A stretch of DNA of 64,000 nucleotides from Naegleria gruberi. Lineage: Eukaryota. The stretch lies in the NCBI GenBank assembly GCA_000004985.1, contig GG738909.1; one strand, written 5' to 3'. The position numbers and the translations under genes are program-made. Position 1 is the stretch's first letter. The number at the start of each line of letters is the position of its first letter. Shown in pieces: positions 33,604-44,530 of this stretch. Below the pieces are notes generated by a model, which saw only the letters and a list, made by a program, of their open reading frames with translations, was not told where the DNA came from and searched no databases.

Positions 33604-36600
33604 TTATTGAGAAGAGTGAATAATGAAAACAATTAAGATTATCAACCAAAATAAAGAAATTGCGAATGAAGAATTGGCAGACGAAACTCTATCACTATTC
33701 TTTGGTACGACAATACTTGAATTTTGAACCTTGACAGATTGTCCAGGAGTTGGTTTAGTTGAAGATGTCACTGGTTTCACAGTGGAAGTCATAGCAGAAG
33801 GTTGTGGTTTTGGTGATGGATACAAGGATGGTTGTGGCTTTGGTGATGGATACAGAGATGGTTGTGGTTTTGGTATAATTGAAGAACAATTGAGTCCTGT
33901 GAAACCATTCAAACAAGTGCACTGATCTGGTTTCGTACAGTTTCCATTACCTGAACAAACTGATGAGGAGTTGGTACTTGAAATTCCAAAGCAATTGAAC
34001 ATGTCGCACTCAACACCACTGTATCCACTCGTTGGACATGAAACTGGAGTTGGAGCTATGGCTTGATAGATTATTGAAGAGGTTGCAGTGGATTGAGTAA
34101 TTTCAATTCTTCTCTTATCTTGAATATCCTTTCTTTGTAAATAACTCAAATTGATTTGAGTTGTAATTAATCCGCCAATAGTTTGTAAAGTAATCTTATA
34201 AGATGAATCCTTTACAATTTCTTCAACTTGGGTTATATTGACATTTTCACCAGTTTTCAATGGAATTAACAATGTGACCATTAAGGCATCTTTCACATTT
34301 TCCACATAATGAACAAGTGAAGTGGCAGGTGTTGGGTCGACTCCTCTTTGAATATCAAATCCAAGAATAAATGGAGTAGTTTGAGCAATTGCATGATAAG
34401 CTAATGTTGAGGTAGAAAGTGGAATAATCATCAAATTTGGAACTCCTGTATCGTTGGTGACGAGAGAATTGAATTTTGAATCAAATTTGACATTGGTAGT
34501 TCTCAAATGCCAACGAGCTTGATAATGATGAGGATTTCCATCGGCAGACTTCAATGTATCAATAGCAACATACATATTAATACCCAAATTGTGAGTTGGC
34601 TTGACAAATAGGAATTCTCTTGTGTGATTGGCAGGAAAATAAGAAGTATTTCTATAAGCATCAATATAGACACCTCTGGCATAGTCAATCAATTGAGTTG
34701 TTTCAAAAACTGGAAGTGGTGTTTCCTTTTTTCCATATCCTGTCAAATCATTTGCAACTCTATTGACACGTTTCTGGGAGAAACCATCCACCATGACAGT
34801 ATTGTGAGATTCTGTTGATGTTGCAAAGGTTCTGTAAATAGATTGCTCATATTCACCACCACCATTATCAAACAATAATCTTCTTCTTCCATAAGGGTCA
34901 ATAATTACATTCAATTTGTCCTGATGTTCGTGTCCATAACCAAGTGGAGAAATATCCATCAAGGCATAGTTATCTGAGCTAGACCATCCGCTTCTCATGA
35001 CCATAAACCCACAATCTTTGAGGAGAGTGCTGTTGAATGATGGAGCTGGATTGACATTTCTGTTCATGAGCCATTTGATGAGAGCAGAATCTGGGAAATA
35101 TGAAGCATAGGTAGTGATATAATTGTAAACCTGATAATCCCATCCATCGTTCAAAGGACCTGGCATGTAGAGTGAAGGTGTCATGATTGAAATGTCAAAT
35201 TCCAATGCCTTTTGAAGTCTGTTCACATAATCTACAGGAAATTCATTCACAATACCAACAGTTTTGGCTGTCAAATATAATCCAATAATATTGTCAATTG
35301 AAACATGATGATAACCAGTTGATAATTCATATTGAGCACCATCTGAAAGGAATTGAGCAACTGACTCATTGTACATGGTTGAGATTGCGATAGATCTCCA
35401 AGTGGAAGATAATTTAAACTCGGGAAAAACAGCACCTGCCGTAAACAAACCATTACATTCCATAGTCAACCAATTTCCAGTAGTTCTGTAAGTATGCAAA
35501 TAGATTGCTTGTTCATAAATACTCTTGACAAGTGTATGTAAATCATCGCATGGTAAAACTGTCAAGAATCTATGATAAATTTCAGCCCATGAAGTTGACA
35601 AACGAATACCAGCTTCAATTGTTCTCCAAGCGCTATAACCAGCTTGATTGGCAAACGTTGGTCTTGGTTGACTAATCACCCATGAATTCAATTGAGCAGC
35701 AAACAAGTTAGTAATATTCTGAGCTAGCTCCATTTGAGAAGTTCCATTTGCATACCACAAGGCACGTCCCAAATCAGTCCAAAATGACATTCTATTCAAT
35801 TGCCATGTCCATTCAGCATCATATGGATCTGGAGATCCTGGTTGAGCTGTTGGATTGTAATTCCAATTGATATTCTCAGGATCTGCAAACGTGTATGGAA
35901 TGCTTACAACGGTGATTTTTCCAGACAAAGTTTCCTTTGCCTTTGTAATATATGAACTGGCAATTCCTGCTGAGGAAATCTTTCGAGGATTGAAACTCCA
36001 TGGTACGTTATTTCTTTCAAATTTCAAATAGGTACAAAAAGCACTCTTAGCTTTCGAATAATCCTTATCCTGAACTGCTTGTTTCACAGAAGAAAGTTGT
36101 GGAATACTAAAATTCAAAGCATTGAAAAATTCCACATCACCTACTACTGGTCCAACCACATCAAACATACTGAAATCTGACATTTTTACCTCAAGTGAAG
36201 TATTTGTCTTGGAAGTTCCCCAATTTGTGTAAAAAACCAACTGGTCAATCTTATCCCAACCAAGTGGTGTTCTTACAGTACTGAAATCTGATCTTTTCAA
36301 TGTGAATTTCTTCCATCCTGTGAAATCTAACACGACATTATACATGTAGTAATCAGCTCCTGTTTGTGCAGAGTCCTCACTTCCCATATATAGATAAATA
36401 GTGTTGCAGGAACATGGAGAGTTGACTTTGAGATAAAATTGAATGTAAGTGGCAGTGGAAAAATCCATAATTGAAGAAGAAAGGTTTAGATTATTTCTTG
36501 CTATTTGGAAAGTACCAGAAAGGGACATATTCCAAACTACAGAACTTGCCACACTATTAATTGACAAGTCATCAACATCCGGATAATCCAAACTGTCAAC

Positions 36601-36789
36601 CTTTACGAAATTTCCCTTCCAATCTTGCGTATTATTACAATTTGAAATAAATTTCTGATTCACAATTGTCGAATTGACCTTATGTGAAAATATTGTGAAA
36701 AGAAACACAACACCCACGACAAGCAATAGAAATTTCAACTTGTTGGTGTGAAAATTGTGAACAAAAATGGCGGTTTGTTGTTTTTTCAT
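33604..36789 (-). CDS. Cell-surface heparinase II/III-like (alginate-lyase-like) polysaccharide lyase-fold protein. It has an N-terminal signal or anchor, a ~750-aa lyase-like domain, an EGF-like Cys-rich module, a PKPQPSLYPS-repeat and S/T-rich stalk, and a C-terminal hydrophobic GPI or TM signal.
   Basis: Lyase-type motifs DGAQYELSTGYHHVS (ExSxxYH) and GHEHQDKLNVIIDPYG (HxHxD of the heparinase II/III C-terminal beta domain). The (alpha/alpha) toroid region is W-rich. EGF-like segment: CPTSGYSGVECDMFNCFGISSTNSSSVCSGNGNCTKPDQCTCLNGFTGLNC. C-terminus: SSFAISLFWLIILIVFIIHSSQ. Confidence 0.55.
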   Translation of the reverse strand: MKKQQTAIFVHNFHTNKLKFLLLVVGVVFLFTIFSHKVNSTIVNQKFISNCNNTQDWKGNFVKVDSLDYPDVDDLSINSVASSVVWNMSLSGTFQIARNNLNLSSSIMDFSTATYIQFYLKVNSPCSCNTIYLYMGSEDSAQTGADYYMYNVVLDFTGWKKFTLKRSDFSTVRTPLGWDKIDQLVFYTNWGTSKTNTSLEVKMSDFSMFDVVGPVVGDVEFFNALNFSIPQLSSVKQAVQDKDYSKAKSAFCTYLKFERNNVPWSFNPRKISSAGIASSYITKAKETLSGKITVVSIPYTFADPENINWNYNPTAQPGSPDPYDAEWTWQLNRMSFWTDLGRALWYANGTSQMELAQNITNLFAAQLNSWVISQPRPTFANQAGYSAWRTIEAGIRLSTSWAEIYHRFLTVLPCDDLHTLVKSIYEQAIYLHTYRTTGNWLTMECNGLFTAGAVFPEFKLSSTWRSIAISTMYNESVAQFLSDGAQYELSTGYHHVSIDNIIGLYLTAKTVGIVNEFPVDYVNRLQKALEFDISIMTPSLYMPGPLNDGWDYQVYNYITTYASYFPDSALIKWLMNRNVNPAPSFNSTLLKDCGFMVMRSGWSSSDNYALMDISPLGYGHEHQDKLNVIIDPYGRRRLLFDNGGGEYEQSIYRTFATSTESHNTVMVDGFSQKRVNRVANDLTGYGKKETPLPVFETTQLIDYARGVYIDAYRNTSYFPANHTREFLFVKPTHNLGINMYVAIDTLKSADGNPHHYQARWHLRTTNVKFDSKFNSLVTNDTGVPNLMIIPLSTSTLAYHAIAQTTPFILGFDIQRGVDPTPATSLVHYVENVKDALMVTLLIPLKTGENVNITQVEEIVKDSSYKITLQTIGGLITTQINLSYLQRKDIQDKRRIEITQSTATSSIIYQAIAPTPVSCPTSGYSGVECDMFNCFGISSTNSSSVCSGNGNCTKPDQCTCLNGFTGLNCSSIIPKPQPSLYPSPKPQPSLYPSPKPQPSAMTSTVKPVTSSTKPTPGQSVKVQNSSIVVPKNSDRVSSANSSFAISLFWLIILIVFIIHSSQ
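33800..33877. repeat. Tandem 30-bp coding repeat (2.6 copies) that encodes the PKPQPSLYPS stalk repeats of the lyase-like gene.
   Basis: ggttgtggttttggtgatggatacaaggat, then ggttgtggctttggtgatggatacagagat, then a partial copy. Confidence 0.7.
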
Positions 36790-36931
36790 TTTTTTTCTGA
36801 TTTTTCATCTTTTAAAAAATTACTACTCGAACATTGTTGTAATCAATCAACAATCAACACAGAAGATTGTGTAGAACGATCCTGACCTTGTTATGTCATA
36901 TTTACTAATACTGCAATCATTACAAAAACAT

Positions 36932-37639
36932 TTAATTCAATCTTCCATAATTAGGTTGTCTCGAATTTCTTCTCGTAATGCAAACGATACAACAAATGCA
37001 ACAACACAAAATCAATAAACAGAACAAAACAACACCAATAATCAAACCAGCAGTCACTCCACCAGAGATTGTACCTGGTGATTTGTAAACAATTGCAATA
37101 TTGTAGACATTTCCATTTGAAGCTTGACAAGTTGGTGTGAAATTGTCAACTGAGGAACACAACAAAAAATCAGAAGTGAAAGCTAGTTGACCTCCCTTAA
37201 TATTAAAACAGATTGGAATGCTGTCGCCGTCATATGACAAAATTGCATTGTAAAGATTACTGAGAGGTCTTGGAATTATGGTGCTAATTGTCATTTTAAA
37301 ACTGCCAATGACATGTGAAATTGTAATGCCATTACTAGTTGACACCATTTGAGTGAATGGAAGAATAGTTTGATCACATTGATCGTTAAATAATGTCATA
37401 TCACCTAATAACCAAGAACCAGATTCGATATCTGAAGTGGCAAGAGCAGAACGTTGTTGTTTAGTTTCGGAAAGTTTCTTCATGTATTCGGAAAGGTCAG
37501 ATTCAGGATAATGTTGATGAGAATGATCAATCATTTGTTTGATGGATTGGGCTAATGGCAAAGATGAAATTTGTTGAGTGGAGAGATGAGTCAACACACC
37601 AACAATGATGACAAGAATTAATAAAACGACTGTTGACAT
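36932..37639 (-). CDS. Small type-I membrane protein (235 aa) with a signal peptide, an ~150-aa ectodomain, a TM helix and a Cys-rich juxtamembrane tail (CCCICCIVC) that could be palmitoylated.
   Basis: MSTVVLLILVIIVGVLTHLSTQQ signal. C-terminal GLIIGVVLFCLLILCCCICCIVCITRRNSRQPNYGRLN. ATG start. Confidence 0.5.
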   Translation of the reverse strand: MSTVVLLILVIIVGVLTHLSTQQISSLPLAQSIKQMIDHSHQHYPESDLSEYMKKLSETKQQRSALATSDIESGSWLLGDMTLFNDQCDQTILPFTQMVSTSNGITISHVIGSFKMTISTIIPRPLSNLYNAILSYDGDSIPICFNIKGGQLAFTSDFLLCSSVDNFTPTCQASNGNVYNIAIVYKSPGTISGGVTAGLIIGVVLFCLLILCCCICCIVCITRRNSRQPNYGRLN

Positions 37640-37750
37640 TTTTTTGTTTTCGAATTGCCTTTGAAAAGGTCAAAGTTCTTTTACAATGGACATTAGCTTC
37701 TAATTAGAATGAGAGTACCAGCTGGCAATTTATTATCAATTAGAATTTAT

Positions 37751-40676
37751 TTAGATTTTAGTTGCAGCACCCTTATTCTTCAATTTCAAAACACAACAAG
37801 TTGTGATAATGATTGCAGAAACGACACCAATGACCAAGACAGAACCAACAATGGAAACTACAATGGCAATGATGGCTTCATTGCTCAATCCAGCTGATGA
37901 TCTTGGTTTGTTTTCCTTGATTAAATTGAGGTCGATAACTGAGAAGGATGTCAAGTGACTAGTTTTACATGTCATGGTAAAGACAAGTGTGTTTGAGTCA
38001 ACGTTTGATTTGACTAAAACTGTTTCAACACCATCATTCTTCCATTCGTTGAATTCAGTATTGAAATACATGCAAGTGTAATTAAATGGTTCCTTGCTGT
38101 CATAATTTGAGACAAGTACATCTTTAAAGTAAATGTCAATTGGTGTTGATAGTTCTTTAACTTTGAATGGAGAACCATCTGATTGAAGAATGGAAACAGT
38201 AACAATTGGACTGCTGATTGCTTTCTCAACTTGGGATGGATTCTCCTTTTCTTTATCTACTTCGTAGACAGAACTTACTAGGGTTAAATCGGTAGTTGGG
38301 GTATTTTGATTGGAATTGTTGAGTTGAGTATTAAAATTTGGAGGGAAGGTTACGGTAATAGTATCTGTCTTTTCAAAGACAACAACCTTGGCATCTAATT
38401 GTTCCAAATTTTTAACTGGTTCAGTTTTGAGTTCTCCACCAGAGGTAAGATTGTAATTGAATGATTCAATAAAGAATGGATCCAACTTTCTAACTCTTCT
38501 ATTTTCATAATCAGCAATAAATATCTGACCAGTGGTTGGTGAGATTGAGATTGTAGTTGGAGTGTTGATTGAGGCAAAGGTAGAAATTTGTCCATCTCCA
38601 TTCAAAGATGCAACTCCAGTACCAGCAATTGTTACAAGTTTACCATCAGAATTGATTTTTCTAATTCTATGATTATTAGTATCAACAATGAAGATTTCAC
38701 TACTGATTGGAGAAACTTCAACATCTATTGGCAAGTTCAATTGAGAGTTAGTGGCCAAAATGTTTTCCCCGGAATATCCTGCAACGCCAGTACCACAAAT
38801 AGTTTGAATGATACCATCAATGTTGATCTTTCTAATTCTATGGTTACTGGTGTCTGCAATGACAACCTCACCGTTTGGTAAAACAGAGACACCAGAAACG
38901 TTGAACAATTGAGCTTGAGTAGCCAATTGACCATCTCCTGAATAACCAGCAACGCCAGTTCCAGCAATAACAGTAGAAGAACCATCTTGTGAAATACGAA
39001 TGACTCTGTGAGTTTTTGGATCAGCAACATAAATCATTCCATTAAAGATAGCAATACCATGTGGTCTATCTGATGTTTTGGAACCAGTTACTGTAGAGAT
39101 GAGATTGTCCTTGATCTTTCTAATTCTGTTCATGTCAGAAATGAATAATTCACCTGATGAGAATTCGAGAGCTTTAGGATTGTTGAGGTAAGTACTCAGA
39201 GCAAGAACATTATCTTGATTGACTACATTTTCATAGGAACCACCAGCAAATGGTGTAATAATACCATCACTACCAATTCTTCTAACTGTATCTTCAGCAA
39301 TATCACTGATAAAAACTTCACCACTTGGTGAAACAGCAACACCTCTTGGTTGGAACAATTGACTCTCAGTGGCCAACTTGTTATTACCCAAATATTTAGG
39401 TTGTCCATTACCAGCAACACGTCTAATAAATCCACCAACGTCAACCTTGGAAACTGTGTAAAGATCAGCAAAGTAGACCTCACCATCAAAAGATGAAACA
39501 CCACCAGCAATAACAGGAGAATCAACACCTTGAACGCCAGCAGTACTTCCTCCCATAACACCATTACCAGCAATAGTATTAATGAAACCATTAGTACCAA
39601 CAACTCTGATTCTATTATTATTGGTGTCAGCAATGTAAAGTGTAGTAGTTTCAGCAAATTCAATATCAGTTGCTGAGATACCAGCCAAGATTGCCAAACC
39701 ACCATCTCCACTGAATTTGTCAGTGCTACCACCAACAACCAATTCAACAGTACCATTTTGATTAATCTTTTTAACACCAATACTGTCAACAAAGTAAAGT
39801 TCCTTTGTTTCAGGATTGATTGAAAGACCCATTGGAGATTCAACACCTACTGTTGTTGTTTCATTGTTGACTGGTACGCGATAGAGGGAACCAGCAATAA
39901 TAGAAACTAATCCAGTTTCGAATGAGTATGATTTGATCATGTGAGCAGCAGTGTCAGTAATGTACAATTGTTTTTCATCGTGAGAAAGTTTGACAGCTTT
40001 TGGAAAGTTAATTTTGGCTTCACTGGCAGGAACAGGAGAAACTTCATTCAAGTCAAAACCAAATTTACCACAACCAGCAATTGTTATAATAGTGCCGTTA
40101 GCAAAGATTTTTCTAATTCTGTGATTTTCAGTATCCTAGGTTGAAAATAGATGAAATTAAGAGATCTCACAATTAGAAAAAACTTACAGCAAAGTAAATA
40201 TCGTTAGTGGAAGAGAGTTCAACTTTTCCAGGATTGTTAATGTTAGCTTGAGTTGCCAATTGACCATCTCCAGAATATCCAATGATACCATTACCAGCAA
40301 TAGTGGTTGCTTTTCCTGTATTGATATCAATTTTTCTAATTCTGCTATTAATTCTGTCTGTTATTATTTTAATCAGTTATAGAGAATTCACATGAATTGT
40401 AAAACATGCAAAGGAATTTAAATATTCTAAATATTGAAAGATAAACTCACCTGAAACATAAACGTTTCCAGTTTTACGATCAACTTTAACTTTGGTTGGT
40501 GAGATTGAAACTTGTCCTGCATTCACATTATCATCAAATCCACCTCCTGCAATTGTACTAATCCTATAGAGAGGATCCAATTTTTGTTGTTGTGCATACA
40601 CTATTGATGAAGTTAACAGGGCAATTAGCAACAAGCTAATAATCAGCCACGAGGAATGAGATTGAGAGGCCATCAT
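37751..40676 (-). CDS. NHL-repeat beta-propeller cell-surface protein of ~927 aa. It has a signal peptide, multiple NHL repeats, an S/T-rich region and an Ig-like region, a TM helix and a short tail. Three exons, 40676-40451, 40357-40188 and 40135-37751, with introns at 40358-40450 (93 nt, GTGAGT...AACAG) and 40136-40187 (52 nt, GTAAGT...CCTAG).
   Basis: Exon 1 is MMASQSHSSWLIISLLLIALLTSSIVYAQQ...GNVYVS. Exon 2 is DRINSRIRKIDINTGKATTIAGNG...NDIYFA. Exon 3 is DTENHRIRKIFANGTIITIAG.... The YVxDxxNxRIRKI NHL signature recurs at least 10 times. C-terminal TM: AIIAIVVSIVGSVLVIGVVSAIIITTCCVL. Confidence 0.7.
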
Positions 40677-42653
40677 TATAAAGTACAGACAGCTTTTTTT
40701 TCAAATCAGACGAATCACCCGTCTTGTGTGTGCTATTGAAAAACCAAATCCACAATTATAATTATGAAGAACCTAAGCCTTGTCTTAGACAAAATTAACC
40801 CCCTCTTTGAGAAAGCACTTCCATAAATAATGACTTGGTTGACCAATAATTTTTAAAAATGTTAATTTCCAAGGTTTTGTAAAGTATTGATTGACTGTTG
40901 ACTCTCATAACGTCCTTCCTTCTCGCGTTGTATATATTGATGATGAATGGAGGCAAAGTAAAATCATCACAGGACACAGGCAAATATATATATTAAAATT
41001 CGGAGAAACACATAGGAAAACAATCATGGAAACTCCACAATTTGCCCATTAATCAATGCCACTCACTTCACAATTAGCCTTCCATAAACAAACAACTAAA
41101 TTTCTTTACGGAAGTGATTGTTGTCCCTTTTAGATGATGAAGAATAGGAGGACAATGTCTTCGTATAATTTATATAGTCTAGTAATTCATTTTAGAAGAA
41201 GAAGAAGTAGTGATAATATTATCCTTTAAATATTCATTAATTTAACCATGATGATGAATGTTGTTTCGCATCATGTGTGTATAGTAACGTGTTGATGATT
41301 TTTTTTTCTTTGCTTTTGTGGAACTTGTTTCGAAGATTTTATTTTTAGATTTTGGGTATCAAGCAGTAATTTAAACTCCTAATTCGGAGCTCTATTTCTA
41401 ATTGTTGTTACTGCAACACAATATTCATGAAAATAGAGAATTAATTTTTAAATTATTTAAAAAAAATGTGATTATCGAAAGATATGATGTAAAACACGAT
41501 GAATAATTATTTTCAGAGTTGGATTTCAAAATTGAATGCAATTTAAACAACATTAATTTTAATTCTTTATTGATATGCACTCACACATGGATTGAAGGAG
41601 AACAATTTGATATATTATTATTTAATGGAATTATTTCCGAATTTTCGATCATTAACAAAAACAACCACCCGATTTAAAATGTTGAAGAAAAAGGATGCAA
41701 ATGGCTCCATAATTATTTCAGTAATAATGGATATTGCAATATCATATCATTTTGATTCCAATGCAAGAAATGTAATCAAGTATGCCAAGTTGAAATGCTA
41801 ATGCATCATCAAGATCATCAAATATTAAGGACTCACTTTTGGAATAATATTGAAAGATTGGTCAAATCTCTGTCTACATAATATAGAAAACGAAGAATAT
41901 TCCAATTGAAATATATTCCACTGATTAAGCACCAGACGGTTTTATAGATGGTCGGAATAGTTTATCAATTCTCGATTAATCCTTGATCTTATCTCGGCAT
42001 GAGAACACATTGGATGATTATTAATATTGTGGAATTTTTATAATGAAGTGAAATGATTGCATTGGAATAAGTTTTTGAAAACTGATCTTTGAAAAGATTC
42101 AAACAGGTAGCATTTATTTCCAAAACCATTAAAAAATTCCATCTAAGAAACCATCTCTGCATGCACATCAGTCGGAGAAAGTCTTCACTACAATTTTGTG
42201 CTTGGTAGCTTTTTTAGGGTCGGAGCAACCCTCACTTATCTACAAAAGTCATTGAGGAAAAATAACTACTTTCCTTAATAGCATTAAAGGTGCTGACCTC
42301 TATCTTAAATAGTGAGGTAAAACACCCATTGGATTTATCTCTCACATAGACAAGATACATCATAACCAATCATCAGTACCCCTTTCTTCATCTTGCTTCA
42401 CTTTTTCATGCGAGTCTAAGGTGGACAAACCCCAAACTTGCTGCATCTTTTGAATCAAGACAGATCTGTCATTAATTTGCCCTCTGACCTTTTTAGAACA
42501 TTGAAGCAATGATTGTGAACACAACGCAACTATGCTTCTAGTATTCCAAAAATCAAAAAAAGCGTCTCAACCTTGTTGGTGTTGTTGATACTGAGTACTA
42601 CTTGTTCATCAAAGTAAAACACAAACGGCAAACAACAACGATCGAGAAGACAG

Positions 42654-44378
42654 ATGTTGCCTTCCTTGTCCGATTTATTTGGGCAAGATGATGGCAAAGA
42701 TGCCAACAAGATGCCTAAACAACAACAGCTTACTATTAGTAATCCATCATCAACCAACAACAACAGCATCAACAACAACATGATGTTTGTGGGGCAACAA
42801 CACCATCATGCAATATTGGCCAATTCCAATAATGGGCTGCAACAAGATATTGCTATGCATCATGTACATGGATCATCTAATGTGAATGCCTTTGATGAAG
42901 CATCTACATCTAAATTTCAGAATTCTGTTGCCAATTATCATCATCAGTTTGTTCCATCGACAAGAACGACATTGGATAGTGTGGGGAGAAGTAGTCAATC
43001 TTTCACTGCTGGTAGTAATAACAATAGTTCAAACTTAAAATCTAATCTTACACCAGCTTTGATACATGCAACATCATGTACTCCAAACATGATGTTTTCA
43101 AAAATAGTGAATAATAGTGGCATGCCAACATCTACATCATTGAGCATGCATGGATCGATGCATTCAACTCATCAACAACAAGTACATGAAATGTCTAAAA
43201 ACAACGATGCATGTTTGCATGTATTTGATACAAAAACAACACCACTACCTAACTTTAGTACTACAACTACCACCACAGCGAGCAATATAAATGGTAGTAA
43301 TCATAGCAATACTAATGGCAATCCACCACCCTCTTCATCTTTGAATTACAAAACACAAGATGCAATACTGCCCAACAATTTATCACCTCCAACAACAAAC
43401 TCTTCCCAACAAATGTACTTTTCTAATCCTATACAATATTCCCCTCAAGCTAACCAATTGCATGCATCCAATAATAATTTAAACAATAGAGGGCAAAATA
43501 ATGGAAATAATAATGATCAAACGGCAATGCATGATTATCAACCTTCTTCCTCTGCTTATATATATGAACGAAATTCACCAATATTGCTTCAAAACGAAGT
43601 TTATAATAATGGAAATGTATCTTCTTCATCATCTACTAATAATACTGCTAGGAACTCATCCACAAAATCAAATGTAAATGATACATCTACTAATGTGGTA
43701 AATACTTCTCAAAATGGATCATTTCCAAGTCGGTTTGAAAATTATCAACATCATGATTTACAATCATCCACACATCCGGTTATTAAGGAAAATCACCTTA
43801 ATACCATTTTTAATGGAATATTTTATGAGGATGCAGAAAATTCGAAACGGAAAATTGAGGATGCAAGTAATTCATCAAGAAAAAAGAGAAAGAATGAAAA
43901 CGAAACGAAACATTCAATTAACAATTCGGAATCATTCATTAATCCACCTTCAATAATTACCACACCTAAATCATTGAATCGCCAATCCAATACCACCAAT
44001 AGCTCTTCTAAGAAAACTAAATCAGAAATTAATAATACGAAACAGCCTCTCAAATCGCCCTCAGGTTTATCAGATAGTTCTACAAATTACGCGACACATA
44101 ATTCACTCTCGACAGTACCACAAAACTCGATTCAATTCATGAACTTCTCGATATCAGACAAATCGAAAATTAAATTTGTGAATGCTAGACATCAACAGAT
44201 AGGAATTAATGACGGTGCATGGACTGAAAAAGAGCATGCAGATTTTATGCGAGGACTAAACGAGTGTGGAAGAGGCAGATGGCGAGAGATTGCCGAAAAC
44301 TATGTTCTCACTAGAACGAGAACTCAGGTAGCCAGCCATGCCCGTAAATATCTAGAAACCCCACCCAATAAAAAGTAG
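42654..44378 (+). CDS. Myb/SANT-domain (SHAQKYF-class, MYB-related) putative transcription factor. The single C-terminal Myb repeat follows ~500 aa of N/S/T/Q-rich low complexity.
   Basis: WTEKEHADFMRGLNECGRGRWREIAENYVLTRTRTQVASHARKYL close to the C-terminus. ATG at 42654. Confidence 0.7.
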   Translation: MLPSLSDLFGQDDGKDANKMPKQQQLTISNPSSTNNNSINNNMMFVGQQHHHAILANSNNGLQQDIAMHHVHGSSNVNAFDEASTSKFQNSVANYHHQFVPSTRTTLDSVGRSSQSFTAGSNNNSSNLKSNLTPALIHATSCTPNMMFSKIVNNSGMPTSTSLSMHGSMHSTHQQQVHEMSKNNDACLHVFDTKTTPLPNFSTTTTTTASNINGSNHSNTNGNPPPSSSLNYKTQDAILPNNLSPPTTNSSQQMYFSNPIQYSPQANQLHASNNNLNNRGQNNGNNNDQTAMHDYQPSSSAYIYERNSPILLQNEVYNNGNVSSSSSTNNTARNSSTKSNVNDTSTNVVNTSQNGSFPSRFENYQHHDLQSSTHPVIKENHLNTIFNGIFYEDAENSKRKIEDASNSSRKKRKNENETKHSINNSESFINPPSIITTPKSLNRQSNTTNSSSKKTKSEINNTKQPLKSPSGLSDSSTNYATHNSLSTVPQNSIQFMNFSISDKSKIKFVNARHQQIGINDGAWTEKEHADFMRGLNECGRGRWREIAENYVLTRTRTQVASHARKYLETPPNKK

Positions 44379-44530
44379 TTCCATAGTTGGAAATCATCCA
44401 ATTTGAGGAGGGTAACCAAACTTGCTTCATTACTATTAAGTTTCGTCTCATTTTCATGGATTTATGAATAGTATTCAATAGATTTTAGAAAAGATGTCGT
44501 TTACATGCACATTCTTTTTTAATTCAATTT

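Noticed and set aside
39223-39846. A 207-aa minus-strand ORF (MLNLQWVFQS...) and other 60-150-aa ORFs nested inside large genes, for example 15264-15716, 11505-11807, 61035-61661 and 44709-45017.
   Set aside because: They are alternative-frame or antisense ORFs embedded within well-supported long CDSs (NHL, EML, the 1578-aa gene, C2H2, HBD-CCCH). Their low-complexity, Leu-rich, AT-codon-driven composition is typical of spurious ORFs in AT-rich DNA.
42180-42300. A candidate snRNA or structured RNA in the 2-kb intergenic region (stem GGGTCGGAGCAACCC).
   Set aside because: No match to U1, U2, U4, U5 or U6 conserved boxes that I could recognise. It is retained only as a low-priority note under the intergenic finding.
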